Source of the DNA: a virus
Lineage: Duplodnaviria > Caudoviricetes
Virus record (IMG/VR): IMGVR_UViG_3300017747_003602
Span: 1-36,874 of that record
Direction: 5' to 3' (one strand)
DNA length: 36,874 bases
The notes under the pieces are model-generated. The model was not told the DNA's origin, did not search any database, and saw nothing but the letters and a program-made list of their open reading frames with translations. Made by a program: the position numbers and the translations under genes. Shown here in pieces: positions 27,748 to 35,370 of the stretch (positions are counted from its first letter, which is position 1; each line of letters begins with the position of its first letter).

Positions 27748-29106
27748 TTACGAACGCAAAAGCCTATTTAAACCGCTATTCGCCACCCGTCGAATTGGCG
27801 CGGCTTGCTGCTGCGCATAGCTCATAGTGTGATTGCTATTGCCTAAAAATTTAACCGCCGCCCAAACCGCCATCATTAACGAATCAGAATCATCTGGGCT
27901 GAAGCCTAGTTCTTTTTTCATATCAACCTTAGCTTGCAAAATCCTTTTGCCATCGCTGCGATATTTCATTTTGATTTTTTCTAGCTGCCTTAGTACTTCG
28001 CTGTCTTTTTTGTCGAGCATCAAGCACTCTCGATCAAGCCAATCTTTTAGTAGATAGTAGCCTTCGGCTCTTGCATTTACGTAGTTTTGGCTATCCACTG
28101 CAGCAGTGCTTGCCCCATCAAAGCGCTCTATCTTCATGCCGATTTCTACTAGCCTTGAGTGCGCTAGATGCCCCATGCCGCCAACATCGATTATCGCAAC
28201 ATCAGGTTTAAAATTGCCTAGCATATTTACAATGCGCCCTATTGACCCCATTCCGCTATCATCATCCCACCTTATGCGCTCTACAAGTTGCCAGTGCACG
28301 CTGCTTTTGCGATCTAAGATTGTAGCAACGCAATGATCGTTACCTTGGGCCGCAAAATCTATGCCGAGAACTCGCTGGCGTGAGAGTAAACCGCCGAATT
28401 CCCGCGTTTCCAGCGATTTGTAGAGCTTATCGCTTTGAAAGAGATAGTCATCGGCTTGAGAGAGAGGTTGGCCAAGCCAGATATGATTATAGTCTCGCTC
28501 TGATCTTAGTTTACATTTCTCCGCCTCGACTTTTAGCGTGCGCGTGCAAAAAGGATTATCGGTGTAGTTCGATTGTATATGCAAAGTTTCTGGATCATCC
28601 GCTAGTTGCATTACTGCATCATCTCTCACGTAGCGGTTGAGTGTTAAGAAGAATTTGCAATTATCTTTACGCACTGTCGGGAGGATTACGTCTAGCGAAC
28701 GCTTGCTTAGCATCTGCGCCTCGTCCACCCATAAAATGTCAGCGCCCTCTATGCCTTTTGTATTTTCTGAACCCTGGTCCCTAAAGCCGCGAAAACGGAA
28801 TTCCGAGCCAGTTTCAAGGTGTTCTATTTTTTTATCTGTTACTTTGAAGGCCAGATTGTACTTATGTATCAAATCCGCGAGCACTTTGTGCACGCTATCC
28901 TCGATTTTATTTTGTATCTCGCGCCCGCAAAAGATACGGACTTTGCGCGTATCTGCGAGATAGAGTAACACCCGTGCCACAGCGTGGGTTTTACCGCTAC
29001 CACGGCCACCTTCAAGTAGAAAATACTTATAATTGGCCAAATTTTCTACCATAGGTAGCAGCTTTGGAGGCATCCGCAGCATTTCTGGTAGCCTGATTGA
29101 CATCAA
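27748..29106 (-). CDS. terL: Terminase large subunit
   Basis: Walker A GGRGSGKT, Walker B ILWVDEAQ, nuclease GIDFAAQGND and SPDDSDSL. Confidence 0.92.
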   Translation of the reverse strand: MMSIRLPEMLRMPPKLLPMVENLANYKYFLLEGGRGSGKTHAVARVLLYLADTRKVRIFCGREIQNKIEDSVHKVLADLIHKYNLAFKVTDKKIEHLETGSEFRFRGFRDQGSENTKGIEGADILWVDEAQMLSKRSLDVILPTVRKDNCKFFLTLNRYVRDDAVMQLADDPETLHIQSNYTDNPFCTRTLKVEAEKCKLRSERDYNHIWLGQPLSQADDYLFQSDKLYKSLETREFGGLLSRQRVLGIDFAAQGNDHCVATILDRKSSVHWQLVERIRWDDDSGMGSIGRIVNMLGNFKPDVAIIDVGGMGHLAHSRLVEIGMKIERFDGASTAAVDSQNYVNARAEGYYLLKDWLDRECLMLDKKDSEVLRQLEKIKMKYRSDGKRILQAKVDMKKELGFSPDDSDSLMMAVWAAVKFLGNSNHTMSYAQQQAAPIRRVANSGLNRLLRS

Positions 29107-29625
29107 CTAGCTACCATCTGCGCTGCTATCGTACTTTTGGACTATATCCTCACCTACGTCTATGGCCACCCCCTCTATCTGCTGCATACGCACGTACACA
29201 GGTCTTTTGCTCATATCCTCTTTTTCTTCATCGACCATATCTATGACTATTTTAGACGCAACTATAGCGTTCTTTTCATCCTCGCTCATCATCGCTGATT
29301 CTATGCGCTGCATTGCTATTGGGGCTAGGCGCTTGCGGGCCACGTCTTTGTGCTTGCCCGCCTGGACTGCCAGGACTTCATCGCTAGTCCATCCGTGCAG
29401 AGTAAGCTGTTCTACTGCAACCTTGCCTTGCAGTATAAGTTCGGCTACTTTTTGGCGGTTTTCCGCGTCTTCTTCCGCCGCTCGTTGTGCGTTTATCTCC
29501 ATAATTCCCTTCCTCAGTTCTTCTTTTTCAGCTGCAAGTTGTGCTAGTTTGTTCGCGTTGCGCTTGATATTTTTGGCCCTAAGTGTTGCCGCCTGCTGCG
29601 GCGTTTGCGCGCTGCGCCAGTACAT
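29107..29625 (-). CDS. Putative terminase small subunit
   Basis: Helical 172-aa ORF directly upstream of terL; call rests on position. Confidence 0.5.
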   Translation of the reverse strand: MYWRSAQTPQQAATLRAKNIKRNANKLAQLAAEKEELRKGIMEINAQRAAEEDAENRQKVAELILQGKVAVEQLTLHGWTSDEVLAVQAGKHKDVARKRLAPIAMQRIESAMMSEDEKNAIVASKIVIDMVDEEKEDMSKRPVYVRMQQIEGVAIDVGEDIVQKYDSSADGS

Positions 29626-29626
29626 A

Positions 29627-29866
29627 TCAGGCTAGCTCCCCGCTTAAGTACCCGCTGCAGCTTATACTTGCAGATATATCCGCAAGATCATCATCAAGCA
29701 TATCATCAGTAAGCGCATGCAGGCTAGCTTGCGAGCTTACGCAGCTCTTCTCCCTTTTTAAGCTCTCTCTCTGCGCGAGAGCCTCGCTAAAGCTGATATG
29801 CGCATGTGCGCGCTCTGCTTTTCTGGCCCTTTTGTATTCTACAGTAAAATTTTGTGGTTTGCGCAT
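29627..29866 (-). CDS. Hypothetical protein, first gene of the late operon
   Basis: GAGGGG RBS; stop 1 nt before the next ATG. Confidence 0.55.
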   Translation of the reverse strand: MRKPQNFTVEYKRARKAERAHAHISFSEALAQRESLKREKSCVSSQASLHALTDDMLDDDLADISASISCSGYLSGELA

Positions 29867-30372
29867 TTACACCCCTCTCTTTTGTAGTTGCAAAGATACC
29901 TACGCTTTTCGCCGATAAATTGCAAGCGCAAAAAAGGCGGGTTGCCTGATCAACACGCCGCATTTATCAATGTGCAAAGCCTGCAAGCGCTTATAGATCA
30001 AGAGCTTATGGGGCTGATCAAGCCGATGAAAATCAAAAGAAGGTTTCCTTTGCGCCAAAAAGGCAAAAGCAAGGTGCAATTTTTGCAATTTAAAAGTGTT
30101 TTCCCGTGATTTCTTCAGACTCCGATTGAAAATATATAATGGTTTTGCAACCTAAAGTATTAATTAAGCTATAACAATATCAATTTCCGATTGTATATAA
30201 ACTTGGTGGAGATTGATTTGTTTTGCAGATAAGCCCCTCTTTTTTGCGATACCTTTTTTTTTATTGTAAATACCTCTCTGCAATCTCTCTGCACTTTTTA
30301 TATATAAGTAGTATATCTTTAAAAATATTTTACTGCTTAAGTCTTTGTTTTTATTGTGTTTTATTGCTACTA

Positions 30373-30432
30373 TAAAAAATAATTATATTTTTTGAAAAAA
30401 ATTGTTGAAGGGGATAAAAAGTTATATATACT
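30373..30432 (+). promoter_or_regulatory. Early promoter P1 with A-tract UP element
   Basis: TTGAAG (30405-30410), 16 nt, TATACT (30427-30432); upstream block shared with P2. Confidence 0.7.
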
Positions 30433-30498
30433 TGCATGCATCGAGAGAGCAAAAAGTTTTCTCGCCACAAAAAAACCACACAAAAAAAAGAGGCATTT

Positions 30499-30687
30499 AT
30501 GCAGATAGAGATCGAGATCAAAAGCGTTTACGGCAGAGAGACTTTTTACCCCGCTTGCGAGCATAGCAAAATGCTGTGCAAGCTGATGCATACAAAGACT
30601 CTGACGGTTGAGGCGCTGGCGACACTTAAAGGCTCTGGCTATGCGATAGCTATAGCAACTGCCGCCCCTAAAACTTTTGCAATCTAA
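30499..30687 (+). CDS. Small early protein (62 aa, MQIEIEIKSVYGRETFYPAC...)
   Basis: GAGG RBS before ATG 30499; first gene after P1. Confidence 0.7.
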   Translation: MQIEIEIKSVYGRETFYPACEHSKMLCKLMHTKTLTVEALATLKGSGYAIAIATAAPKTFAI

Positions 30688-30710
30688 CAACAAACACGGA
30701 GATAAAAAAA

Positions 30711-31019
30711 ATGATCACACCACAAATCAAAGCAACTGCGTACACTGCGTACTACGTTAAAATTATCGGCCAGGGTACATGGGGCCCCTACGAATTGCCT
30801 GTGGCTATGACTATGGCCGAGGAATTATGCAGGGATTTTGGCCGCGAAGCTATGGCTTGCATCTACGACGAGGAGCCATACATTGAGGTCGAGGACAGGC
30901 ATACACGCGAGATTTACCACGTGTATATATCGAGCATTACGGGATTGCCTATTATTTATGATTTACAGGCCGAACGACGGCTCCCGCAATTTTGCCAGCA
31001 GGTCAAAAGGGCAAAATAA
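30711..31019 (+). CDS. Small early hypothetical protein
   Basis: Shared leader with GGAGA RBS. Confidence 0.7.
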   Translation: MITPQIKATAYTAYYVKIIGQGTWGPYELPVAMTMAEELCRDFGREAMACIYDEEPYIEVEDRHTREIYHVYISSITGLPIIYDLQAERRLPQFCQQVKRAK

Positions 31020-31078
31020 AAAACAAGCGCACGCGACATTAACAACCAATAACAACATAAAGCAACGGAGAAAAAAAA

Positions 31079-31312
31079 ATGACAAATCATTATTACTTTA
31101 GAAAGCCAGGCTCGGAAGAAATACAAGAAATTCTGGCTGCTTCGCCGACTGAAGCGCTTAACGAGTACGCCCGAAATTTATGGCACGGGGGCGATGAAAA
31201 TATGCGCCGAAAAATGGTAAATGGCCTTACAATAGAATACCTTAAGGAGGGTGCTCTTTGGGAAAAATGGGCTATTTTTGCCGGAATAAAAAACAAAGGA
31301 GACAAAAAATGA
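31079..31312 (+). CDS. Small early hypothetical protein
   Basis: Shared leader with GGAGA RBS. Confidence 0.7.
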   Translation: MTNHYYFRKPGSEEIQEILAASPTEALNEYARNLWHGGDENMRRKMVNGLTIEYLKEGALWEKWAIFAGIKNKGDKK

Positions 31313-31614
31313 ATACACCACAAATTAAAGCAACTGCAGCAAATCGCAAAATTTTACGGGAGTACGCAAGAGAGGCATTGGCCGATTATTCGCCAGTTAT
31401 GACTTGGCTGCTGCTGAGCAATAATGGCGATTTGCGCATACAAGGGCAGACTTTTCACGCAGGCTGCCTCGATGTAGTAGCCGAGACTGGAGGGTTTTTA
31501 AAGGCTCACGGCGAAGGCGCGGCAAGAGATAATTGGGGCGAAAAATTTAAAACCCAGCGCGCGTATTTACAGTATCTACTTGGAGATAGCGAATATCAGA
31601 GAATTTTTGGTTAA
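31309..31614 (+). CDS. Small early hypothetical protein (MNTPQIKATA...)
   Basis: AAAGGAGACAAAAAATG leader; ATGA overlap; start reassigned from 31258. Confidence 0.7.
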   Translation: MNTPQIKATAANRKILREYAREALADYSPVMTWLLLSNNGDLRIQGQTFHAGCLDVVAETGGFLKAHGEGAARDNWGEKFKTQRAYLQYLLGDSEYQRIFG

Positions 31615-31648
31615 TATTTTTTACAAAATTGAGGAAGAATAATAATTT

Positions 31649-31676
31649 ATCTTCCCCATGCAAGTGGGGGTGTAGT
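31649..31676 (+). repeat. Solitary type I-E CRISPR-repeat-like unit 1
   Basis: ATCTTCCCCATGCAAGTGGGGGTGTAGT; hairpin CCCCAT-GCAA-GTGGGG; intergenic; second copy at 35110-35135. Confidence 0.65.
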
Positions 31677-31710
31677 AACAAAAAACAGAAAAAACAAAGG
31701 AGATTAAAAG

Positions 31711-32079
31711 ATGAACACATACAATAACTTGCGCGCTGAAAAATATCGCGAAACAGAGGCCAAGATTGAAACACAAAAATCTTTATATTGCTTTGAGGAC
31801 GAGTACGGCGCTTTGTACGCCGAAGACGCGGACAAAGAAAAAGTTTTAAAGCTTTTACGCTTGGCCATAGAAAAAAAAGCTGATGGTTTGCGTGATAGCG
31901 TGGCGGAAAAGCTGCAGGCTTATTCAAGCTATGGCGACGCATATTCGGATGAACGCGCTAGGGTTGCATTTTTCCACGCACAAGAAAAGCGCGTAGATAA
32001 TGCGGCGGCGGAAGAAGCAAAAGCTTGTTTTACGCTCTACAAAAAAATTATTTTGGATTTTGAAAAAGAAGGCGTTTAA
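31711..32079 (+). CDS. Small early hypothetical protein (helical, charged)
   Basis: AAGGAG RBS; directly downstream of repeat unit 1. Confidence 0.7.
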   Translation: MNTYNNLRAEKYRETEAKIETQKSLYCFEDEYGALYAEDADKEKVLKLLRLAIEKKADGLRDSVAEKLQAYSSYGDAYSDERARVAFFHAQEKRVDNAAAEEAKACFTLYKKIILDFEKEGV

Positions 32080-32096
32080 CCTTTTTTTGCTATAAA

Positions 32097-32156
32097 TAAA
32101 AAATAATTATAAAAGATAAAAAAAATTGTTGACAACAAGAATAATAATTGTAAACT
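32097..32156 (+). promoter_or_regulatory. Early promoter P2 with A-tract UP element
   Basis: TTGACA (32129-32134), 16 nt, TAAACT (32151-32156). Confidence 0.75.
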
Positions 32157-32194
32157 GTAGAAACTAACAACAAAACAAAAAACGGAGACAAAAA

Positions 32195-32569
32195 ATGACT
32201 AAAGTTGAACCTATATTTCTGAAAAATGTAAAATGGAAATGGGCGGAGCATGAAACCCATTTAATCGATGGGGTCTTTGGTAAAGTAGAAATCCATTTTA
32301 AAAGAAAAGGTGAAATTTACGACGATCAGTTTGATCAATTAATGTTATCTTGCGCGTCGCAGGAAAATGAAAAAGAAGAAATTGCCCAAAAGATTAAAAA
32401 AGAAAAAGAAGCGGCGGCAAAATTAAACTTTACTGCTTATTCTACTCATATTCGCGGCCCATTTGGTACGGGCGAAACTGCTGAAGATGCCCTTGTAGAT
32501 TTATATTCACAAATTGCTAAGGGTTTTGCGGTCCAGGAATGTTTGATTTGTTATTGCCACCAAAACTAA
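32195..32569 (+). CDS. Small early hypothetical protein
   Basis: Shared leader CGGAGACAAAAAATG. Confidence 0.7.
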   Translation: MTKVEPIFLKNVKWKWAEHETHLIDGVFGKVEIHFKRKGEIYDDQFDQLMLSCASQENEKEEIAQKIKKEKEAAAKLNFTAYSTHIRGPFGTGETAEDALVDLYSQIAKGFAVQECLICYCHQN

Positions 32570-32586
32570 AAAACAAAGGGGACAAA

Positions 32587-32793
32587 ATGTTAACAGAAAT
32601 TGAAATTGAACGGTTAAATTTGGGAGAATTTGAGCTTTGCCAGCTGGCAGACTGGCTGATCAGCGAAGAAAATGCAGTCTTAAGCGATGATAAGCTTTTT
32701 AGCTTGGTTTCTCGGGTTGCGCTGCTGGCCGAATCCTCAGAAAAAATGAAAATGCTTCTGTGGCTGCTGGAACGTAAAATACACCGCGCTTAA
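32587..32793 (+). CDS. Small early hypothetical protein (MLTEIEIERL...)
   Basis: AAAGGGGACAAAATG leader; start reassigned from 32539. Confidence 0.65.
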   Translation: MLTEIEIERLNLGEFELCQLADWLISEENAVLSDDKLFSLVSRVALLAESSEKMKMLLWLLERKIHRA

Positions 32794-32826
32794 AAACCTA
32801 AAAACAACAAAAAACGGAGACAAAAA

Positions 32827-33264
32827 ATGGATACAATTTTTGACGATATTATTGCTCTTAGCACTAAAAAAACATGGGTAAGAAAAGAACTGGACAGGAT
32901 TTTTACAGCATTTTGCGAGCAGTTGGCGACAAGAGCAATGCAGGCTGGAATCAAGCTTGACATCGACACTGTGTACGAGTTGGAGTCCTTTTCTCGCGAA
33001 GCCTATTGGGGATCCGCAAAAAGAATTTACAATATCAGGCTCTATGCGGAGCCTGATTTAGCAGAGCTTACACTAGAGCGCATCCATATAGATGAGCACG
33101 GGCGAGCCACGCGCGTAAATCTGTGCGTGCTCGATGACAATACGGATTTCTGGATTGTGCGGCTAGCAGCGCAATCCTTATCTAATGCTTTGTATGCTTT
33201 CAACAGTTTTATAGCCGCCGAACTGCAGGAATTAAATAGCATTAAATTGGATAGCTGCGGCTAA
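32827..33264 (+). CDS. Early hypothetical protein
   Basis: Shared leader CGGAGACAAAAAATG. Confidence 0.7.
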   Translation: MDTIFDDIIALSTKKTWVRKELDRIFTAFCEQLATRAMQAGIKLDIDTVYELESFSREAYWGSAKRIYNIRLYAEPDLAELTLERIHIDEHGRATRVNLCVLDDNTDFWIVRLAAQSLSNALYAFNSFIAAELQELNSIKLDSCG

Positions 33265-33280
33265 AGTAGGCGGACTATCT

Positions 33281-33307
33281 GTAGCGGTCACAAATTGTGA
33301 CCGCTAC
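33281..33307. promoter_or_regulatory. Perfect 27-bp inverted repeat
   Basis: GTAGCGGTCACAA-A-TTGTGACCGCTAC; intergenic; no U-tract. Confidence 0.6.
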
Positions 33308-33340
33308 GAAAGGAACATTAACAAAAAACGGAGACAAAAT

Positions 33341-34039
33341 ATGAGAGAACCTAGAAAAATCACAGAAGCTAAAGCTAAACTTTCTGAAGAGCAAAAGAAG
33401 CTTGAGGCCGCATCCTGCAAGGCCTTAAAAGATTTTGATGAAGAAAAAATTTCTTTAAATGAGGCTTTGGAGGCGGTTAACGCCTGGAATGCAGTCGCTC
33501 CGCTACCAGGGATGAAAAGCTTGCACCCTCTCAAGTTTCTAAGAATTTTTGGAGTCGAAGCTTCCAAACATCCTCTTACTAAGTCGCAGCTTGAAATCTT
33601 TATAGGTGAGCGTCGGTGGAACGGCAAAATCTATGGCGATGCGGTCTACTTGGATGGAGAGAGAGTAAAGATCGATAGCGATATGATCAAAGATCACGCG
33701 CTGAGAAAAGACGTAAATTCCGATTTTCCTGAAAATCCTTTCCCTAATTCTCCCGACGCCATAGTGGCACATGGCGAAGAGTTCGCGCGCTGGTTTATTA
33801 AAGATAAAGCTAAGACGATTCTCGAGGATCCACTTTTCTTCGAGCCGTGGCTGAAAGCGCTTTTGGCCGTCGTTACGTTCGAGTTGGATGAAGAATACGG
33901 CTATTTTTGCCCTCTTAAAAGGCAACTTTATGAAAGCGCCGCAGAGGCAGAATTTTTTAGCATTTGGAATAAAATGCTGGAATTAAAAGAACTGGAATTA
34001 AAAGAATATGGGCTAGTTTTAAAAAAGAAGAGGAGTTAA
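33341..34039 (+). CDS. Early hypothetical protein (232 aa)
   Basis: Shared leader CGGAGACAAAATATG. Confidence 0.7.
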   Translation: MREPRKITEAKAKLSEEQKKLEAASCKALKDFDEEKISLNEALEAVNAWNAVAPLPGMKSLHPLKFLRIFGVEASKHPLTKSQLEIFIGERRWNGKIYGDAVYLDGERVKIDSDMIKDHALRKDVNSDFPENPFPNSPDAIVAHGEEFARWFIKDKAKTILEDPLFFEPWLKALLAVVTFELDEEYGYFCPLKRQLYESAAEAEFFSIWNKMLELKELELKEYGLVLKKKRS

Positions 34040-34081
34040 TTCAAATGAACATAAAATTTTTTTACGCGCTTGGAGAAAAAT

Positions 34082-34534
34082 ATGGAAGCTGAAGAAATCC
34101 AAACGCAGATAGCGCGCGGAAAAGAAAAAGGCTATATTAGACAACTGCCCGATGGTAGGCTTGCTTTTAAAACTGATATTTTGGGTTGTACCTGGCTAGC
34201 TATCAAGCGCGATGCGCCTAAAAGCTTTTTGGTAGAGAGAAATAAAGTTGACCTTTCTTATTACGGGGATTGGGATGCGGCCATAGAAGCTATAAAGATT
34301 GAAATAACAAGAGCGCTAGAATCAACCCCATGCTACCTCTCAGAAGAAAAAATTACCACACTTAAAGAATGGGTCGACGGGAACGCAAAAATTAATTGGC
34401 GCGAAATATCTCATGCCGAACTAATCTTAAAAGCGCCAGACCACTACTTAAACCGTAAGTGGGGTAACAAATATTTGGAAGAAATCGTACGCAAAAAATC
34501 CGATGCAACATCAACAAAAAAAGCGATTTTATGA
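34082..34534 (+). CDS. Early hypothetical protein
   Basis: GGAGA RBS before ATG 34082 (track uses TTG at 34070). Confidence 0.65.
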   Translation: MEAEEIQTQIARGKEKGYIRQLPDGRLAFKTDILGCTWLAIKRDAPKSFLVERNKVDLSYYGDWDAAIEAIKIEITRALESTPCYLSEEKITTLKEWVDGNAKINWREISHAELILKAPDHYLNRKWGNKYLEEIVRKKSDATSTKKAIL

Positions 34535-34558
34535 CCATATTAAGCGGAGATTTTAATT

Positions 34559-34738
34559 ATGATAACTTTATTTTTACAAGACGATTTGAGATTTTCGGCG
34601 GAAAGGTGCGAAAAACTTTTGCTCTATCTACACAAGCTAATACATTTCTTGCGTTTGGAGCAAAGGCCGCAAGATGAAATAACGGAAGTAGAAAATCTTA
34701 TCGAAGAAATACACGACGAAATGGAATTTAATTTGTAA
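34559..34738 (+). CDS. Small acidic hypothetical protein (59 aa, MITLFLQDDLRF...)
   Basis: CGGAGA RBS, ATG..TAA; below the ORF-track cutoff. Confidence 0.6.
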   Translation: MITLFLQDDLRFSAERCEKLLLYLHKLIHFLRLEQRPQDEITEVENLIEEIHDEMEFNL

Positions 34739-34758
34739 CCGAGTGCAAAGGGGGATTT

Positions 34759-34917
34759 ATGATTACGATTGATTACAACGAACAACTAGAAATATTTGAG
34801 GTTTTTTTGGGGACCACTTTAATCTCAGTTGAAAAAACTGAAGTTGCGGCAAAAACCGTTGCGGAATTGTTGGCGGCGGCGGAAGAATGCGCCTTGGTGC
34901 GTATACTTAAACTCTAA
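34759..34917 (+). CDS. Small acidic hypothetical protein (52 aa, MITIDYNEQLEIF...)
   Basis: AAGGGGGA RBS, ATG..TAA; below the ORF-track cutoff. Confidence 0.6.
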   Translation: MITIDYNEQLEIFEVFLGTTLISVEKTEVAAKTVAELLAAAEECALVRILKL

Positions 34918-34987
34918 GTTTCCAGCCGCCTGTTTCTCTCTCTAGGGCTTGAGATAGCGAATAAAAAATTTTTTGCAATCAAAAAAC

Positions 34988-35025
34988 AAAAAAGCCGCTG
35001 CGATTTTACTCGTTGCGGCTTTTTT
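34988..35025. terminator. Bidirectional intrinsic terminator
   Basis: AAAAAAGCCGC..GCGA-loop-TCGT..GCGGCTTTTTT between convergent units. Confidence 0.8.
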
Positions 35026-35109
35026 AGTAACTAATAACGATTGTTTTCAATAAAGTTTTTAGTTTTTTTCTTTTAAATCCTCGCCTGCTAACTTTTACCA
35101 AGTCGCAGG

Positions 35110-35135
35110 ACGACACCCCCACGTGTATGGGGAAG
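35110..35135 (-). repeat. Solitary type I-E CRISPR-repeat-like unit 2
   Basis: On - strand: CTTCCCCATACACGTGGGGGTGTCGT; 23/26 identical to unit 1; in a non-coding gap. Confidence 0.65.
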
Positions 35136-35370
35136 TGTTCGCGGCGGAAAAAAGTGCAAACGCTATAACAAAAATGCTACAAGTTTTCTTCGCCGCCGCA
35201 AAGCAAAGTTTCATAAATATTTTTCGGCGGTATTGTCAACGCAAAAAATCTTTAAACCTGTCGAATTCGACACCTTTTATCTAAGCCCGTTTTCTTTCGA
35301 TTTAAAGTGCCTTTTCTGTTGCTAGCTATGGCTATAGCAGAGCATGCAATCTACCCTGCTCTGCGCCCGC

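Noticed and set aside
8849-29918. Numerous + strand ORFs across the structural module
   Set aside because: Antisense shadows of well-supported - strand genes, with no recognisable motifs.
29888-30109. ORFs 29888..30109 (+) and 29900..30088 (-)
   Set aside because: Non-ATG starts, no clear RBS, mutually overlapping in the divergent promoter region; cannot be supported.
31649-35135. CRISPR array or mini-array
   Set aside because: Only two repeats, 3.4 kb apart and on opposite strands. I see no degenerate partner repeat about 60 nt up- or downstream of either, and no cas genes.
31651-35135. Invertible segment or transposon bounded by the two inverted repeat copies
   Set aside because: No recombinase or transposase in the window, no target-site duplication seen, and the repeats are hairpins with loop mismatches.
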